The translations under genes and the position numbers were made by a program. Below are positions 62,083 to 64,000 of a stretch of DNA of 64,000 nt, in pieces. Position 1 is the stretch's first letter. Each line of letters starts with the position of its first letter. This stretch comes from an uncultured Acidobacteriota bacterium (lineage in GTDB: Bacteria; Acidobacteriota; Thermoanaerobaculia; Gp7-AA8; CAVUJZ01), in contig CAVUJZ010000027.1 of NCBI GenBank assembly GCA_963741905.1, forward strand, positions 15,769-79,768, given 5' to 3'. Below the pieces are notes generated by a model. That model had not been told where the DNA came from. It made no database searches and saw nothing but the letters and a program-made list of their open reading frames with translations.

Positions 62083-63955
62083 GTGCGCTCGGGAGCGCAC
62101 CTGAAGAGGAGGGTGAGAGTCCCTCCCGACCAGCCGCTCACTGGTCGAGAACCAAAGGTAACTGCGTCGCCGCGAGGCGGGGTGGAGAGCAACTGGAGGA
62201 GAACTACCGGTCCGTACGAGAGAAACTCGATTCGGCATTCATGACTGGCGAGGCTGCTGGGCATGTCGAAGCCCGAAGACCCGGTGGGCGCAGACGGGAA
62301 ACGGCCCTAAGGGAGAGCTCCGGCGCTGAGGGAAAGAGCGTGAAGAGAAAGCGACCGAGAGAGTCATGGGTGTGGTTGGAGACAGAACGGTAGGAAGTTC
62401 AGGTGCTGTGAACCGGGGATCCCCCATCCCGGCGGATGACCGTGGATGGGAAGTCAGAGCCCTCATAGGAGCTGAGAAGCGCCGCAATGGGCGTGGAGCA
62501 AAGGGGGGCAGGAAGGTGAATGCGTGAAGGAAAGACAACAGCAAGACCAACCGCGAGCAGTGGGAGACCTAGAGCGCGGCGGAGAGATCCGGGGCCGATG
62601 GCCGTGGGTCAAAGCCGGAGTCTGGACCGAGCGCATGCTGGAAGCCCTCGAAAGGGGGGTCAAAGGAGGCAAATGGCACAGTCTGATTGACAAAGTGCAT
62701 CGAGACGAGAATCTGCTGCTGGCATGGCAGGAGGTGAAGAAGCGAAAAGGTTGCGGCGGGGTCGACAGGATGTCGCTGTGCCAGTTCGAACATCACCTCG
62801 GTCAACGGCTGGAGAAACTCTCGAGCCAGATCCGAGAGGGAAGCTACGAGCCACAGCCGGTCCTGCGGAAGTACATTCCCAAGGACGGAGGCCGGGGTCG
62901 CAGGCCTTTGGGGATCCCGACGATAGGAGACCGCGTGGTGCAGGCGGCCCTGCGAAATGTGATCGAACCGATCTTCGAGAGAAAGTTCACCGACCAGAGC
63001 TATGGGTTCCGCCCCGGGCGAGGATGCAAAGACGCCCTGCGGGAGGTCGCCCGCCTGCTCTCGGAAGGCCATACGTGGGTGGTCGATGTCGACATCAAGT
63101 CGTACTTCGACACGATCCCTCATGAGGAGCTGATCAACGAGATCGCCGAAGAGGTCGCAGACGGCAGGGTGCTGGCGCTGATCCGCGGGTTCCTCAGTCA
63201 GGGAGTCCTCGAAGGAATGCACCAATGGCAGCCGGAGACGGGAACTCCGCAGGGAGCGGTCATCAGTCCTCTGCTGGCGAACATCTATCTGCATCCTGTG
63301 GACGTGATCGTCCGCGATGCAGACTTCAAGATGATCCGCTACGCTGACGATATGGTGATCCTCTGCCGGACCCGCGAAGAGGCGGAGAAGGCACTGGGAG
63401 TACTGAGGCAGGCCCTCGAGGAAAGGCAACTCGAACTGCATCCGGAGAAGACGGGTCTGGTCGATGCCACAGCAAGACCAGGGTTCCAGTTCCTGGGATA
63501 CATCTTCTTCGGGAACAAGCGCTATCCGAGGGAACCGAGCGTGAAGAAGCTTCGCCGCGCCATCAAGGAGCGGACGAAGCGGAACCGATCGGATGATCTC
63601 GACACGATCATACGCGATGTCAATTCGGTCCTGAGAGGCTGGTTCGAATACTTCAAACACAGCTCACGTGGAGCCTTCGTGGAACTCGACCAGTATGTTC
63701 GGCGTCGCCTTCGGGCGATTCTGAGCAAGCGAAAGTTCCGCCGGGCACATCACCGAAACTGTGGGCGAGGCTACGACCACTTTCGATGGCCGAACGCCTT
63801 CTTTGCCGATCGCAATCTGTTCATCCTTCATACAGAACATGCGATCGTCCGACGGTCCCGTGCAGGGTAACTCACCAACTGGAGAGCCGGATGCGGGAGA
63901 TCCGCACGTCCGGTTCGGAGGGAGGGGCGGAGTGATCCTCCGTCCCTACCCCTAT
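62083..63955 (+). mobile_element. Group II intron (not IIC; probably bacterial class E)
   Basis: 5' GTGCG; domain V GAGAGCCGGATGCG...CGCACGTCCGGTTCGG with AGC triad; domain VI ending ACCCCTAT; encodes an RT. Confidence 0.92.
62524..63870 (+). CDS. ltrA: Group II intron reverse transcriptase/maturase with no endonuclease domain
   Basis: RPLGIPTIGDR, SYGFRPGR, DIKSYFD, GTPQGAVISPLLAN, RYADD, FLGY, LRGWFEYF, WPNAFF. Confidence 0.96.
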   Translation: MKERQQQDQPRAVGDLERGGEIRGRWPWVKAGVWTERMLEALERGVKGGKWHSLIDKVHRDENLLLAWQEVKKRKGCGGVDRMSLCQFEHHLGQRLEKLSSQIREGSYEPQPVLRKYIPKDGGRGRRPLGIPTIGDRVVQAALRNVIEPIFERKFTDQSYGFRPGRGCKDALREVARLLSEGHTWVVDVDIKSYFDTIPHEELINEIAEEVADGRVLALIRGFLSQGVLEGMHQWQPETGTPQGAVISPLLANIYLHPVDVIVRDADFKMIRYADDMVILCRTREEAEKALGVLRQALEERQLELHPEKTGLVDATARPGFQFLGYIFFGNKRYPREPSVKKLRRAIKERTKRNRSDDLDTIIRDVNSVLRGWFEYFKHSSRGAFVELDQYVRRRLRAILSKRKFRRAHHRNCGRGYDHFRWPNAFFADRNLFILHTEHAIVRRSRAG

Positions 63956-64000
63956 CCTGCACCGGGCGTCTCGGCAAGTGGCCGAACTTTGTCTCGGATG

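Noticed and set aside
13426-63870. Diversity-generating retroelement (Avd-like gene plus RT)
   Set aside because: The RT sits inside group II intron RNA domains ~49 kb away, and no template/variable repeat pair with adenine-specific mismatches was seen.
62524-63870. Retron or other defence RT associated with the upstream array
   Set aside because: Clear GTGCG start, domain V/VI and maturase region identify a group II intron.

Overview
GC-rich bacterial chromosomal segment; the gene style suggests Acidobacteriota, possibly Thermoanaerobaculia-like (inference). It holds about 50 ordinary genes: a Fur-boxed iron locus (fur-feoB-Cys-rich-dtxR/feoA-apbE), arsM, an ABC/MFP efflux operon, cysK, a Na/Pi transporter with PhoU, heptose/LPS genes, pilB/T/C/S, ruvB, class II RNR nrdJ, c-di-GMP genes and a two-component pair. 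The non-routine features are: (1) a four-helix-bundle (Avd/IVS-protein-like) gene inside the efflux operon, bracketed by inverted GGTGAGA/TCTCACC heptamer arrays, with a third 15-bp array after the operon; (2) an unannotated UGA-readthrough selenoprotein (PrdB/GrdB-like, U-x-x-C, SECIS-like hairpin); (3) a full group II intron that appears to have inserted into the GTGG tag of a REP-like hairpin, within a palindromic tandem array; (4) a ~270-bp x5.5 palindromic tandem array with dispersed copies; (5) a pair of MITE-like elements flanking a GGDEF gene; (6) a DnaA-box array and NrdR boxes upstream of nrdJ. Several genes carry frameshifts that are probably sequencing errors. All calls come from reading the sequence; no searches were run.
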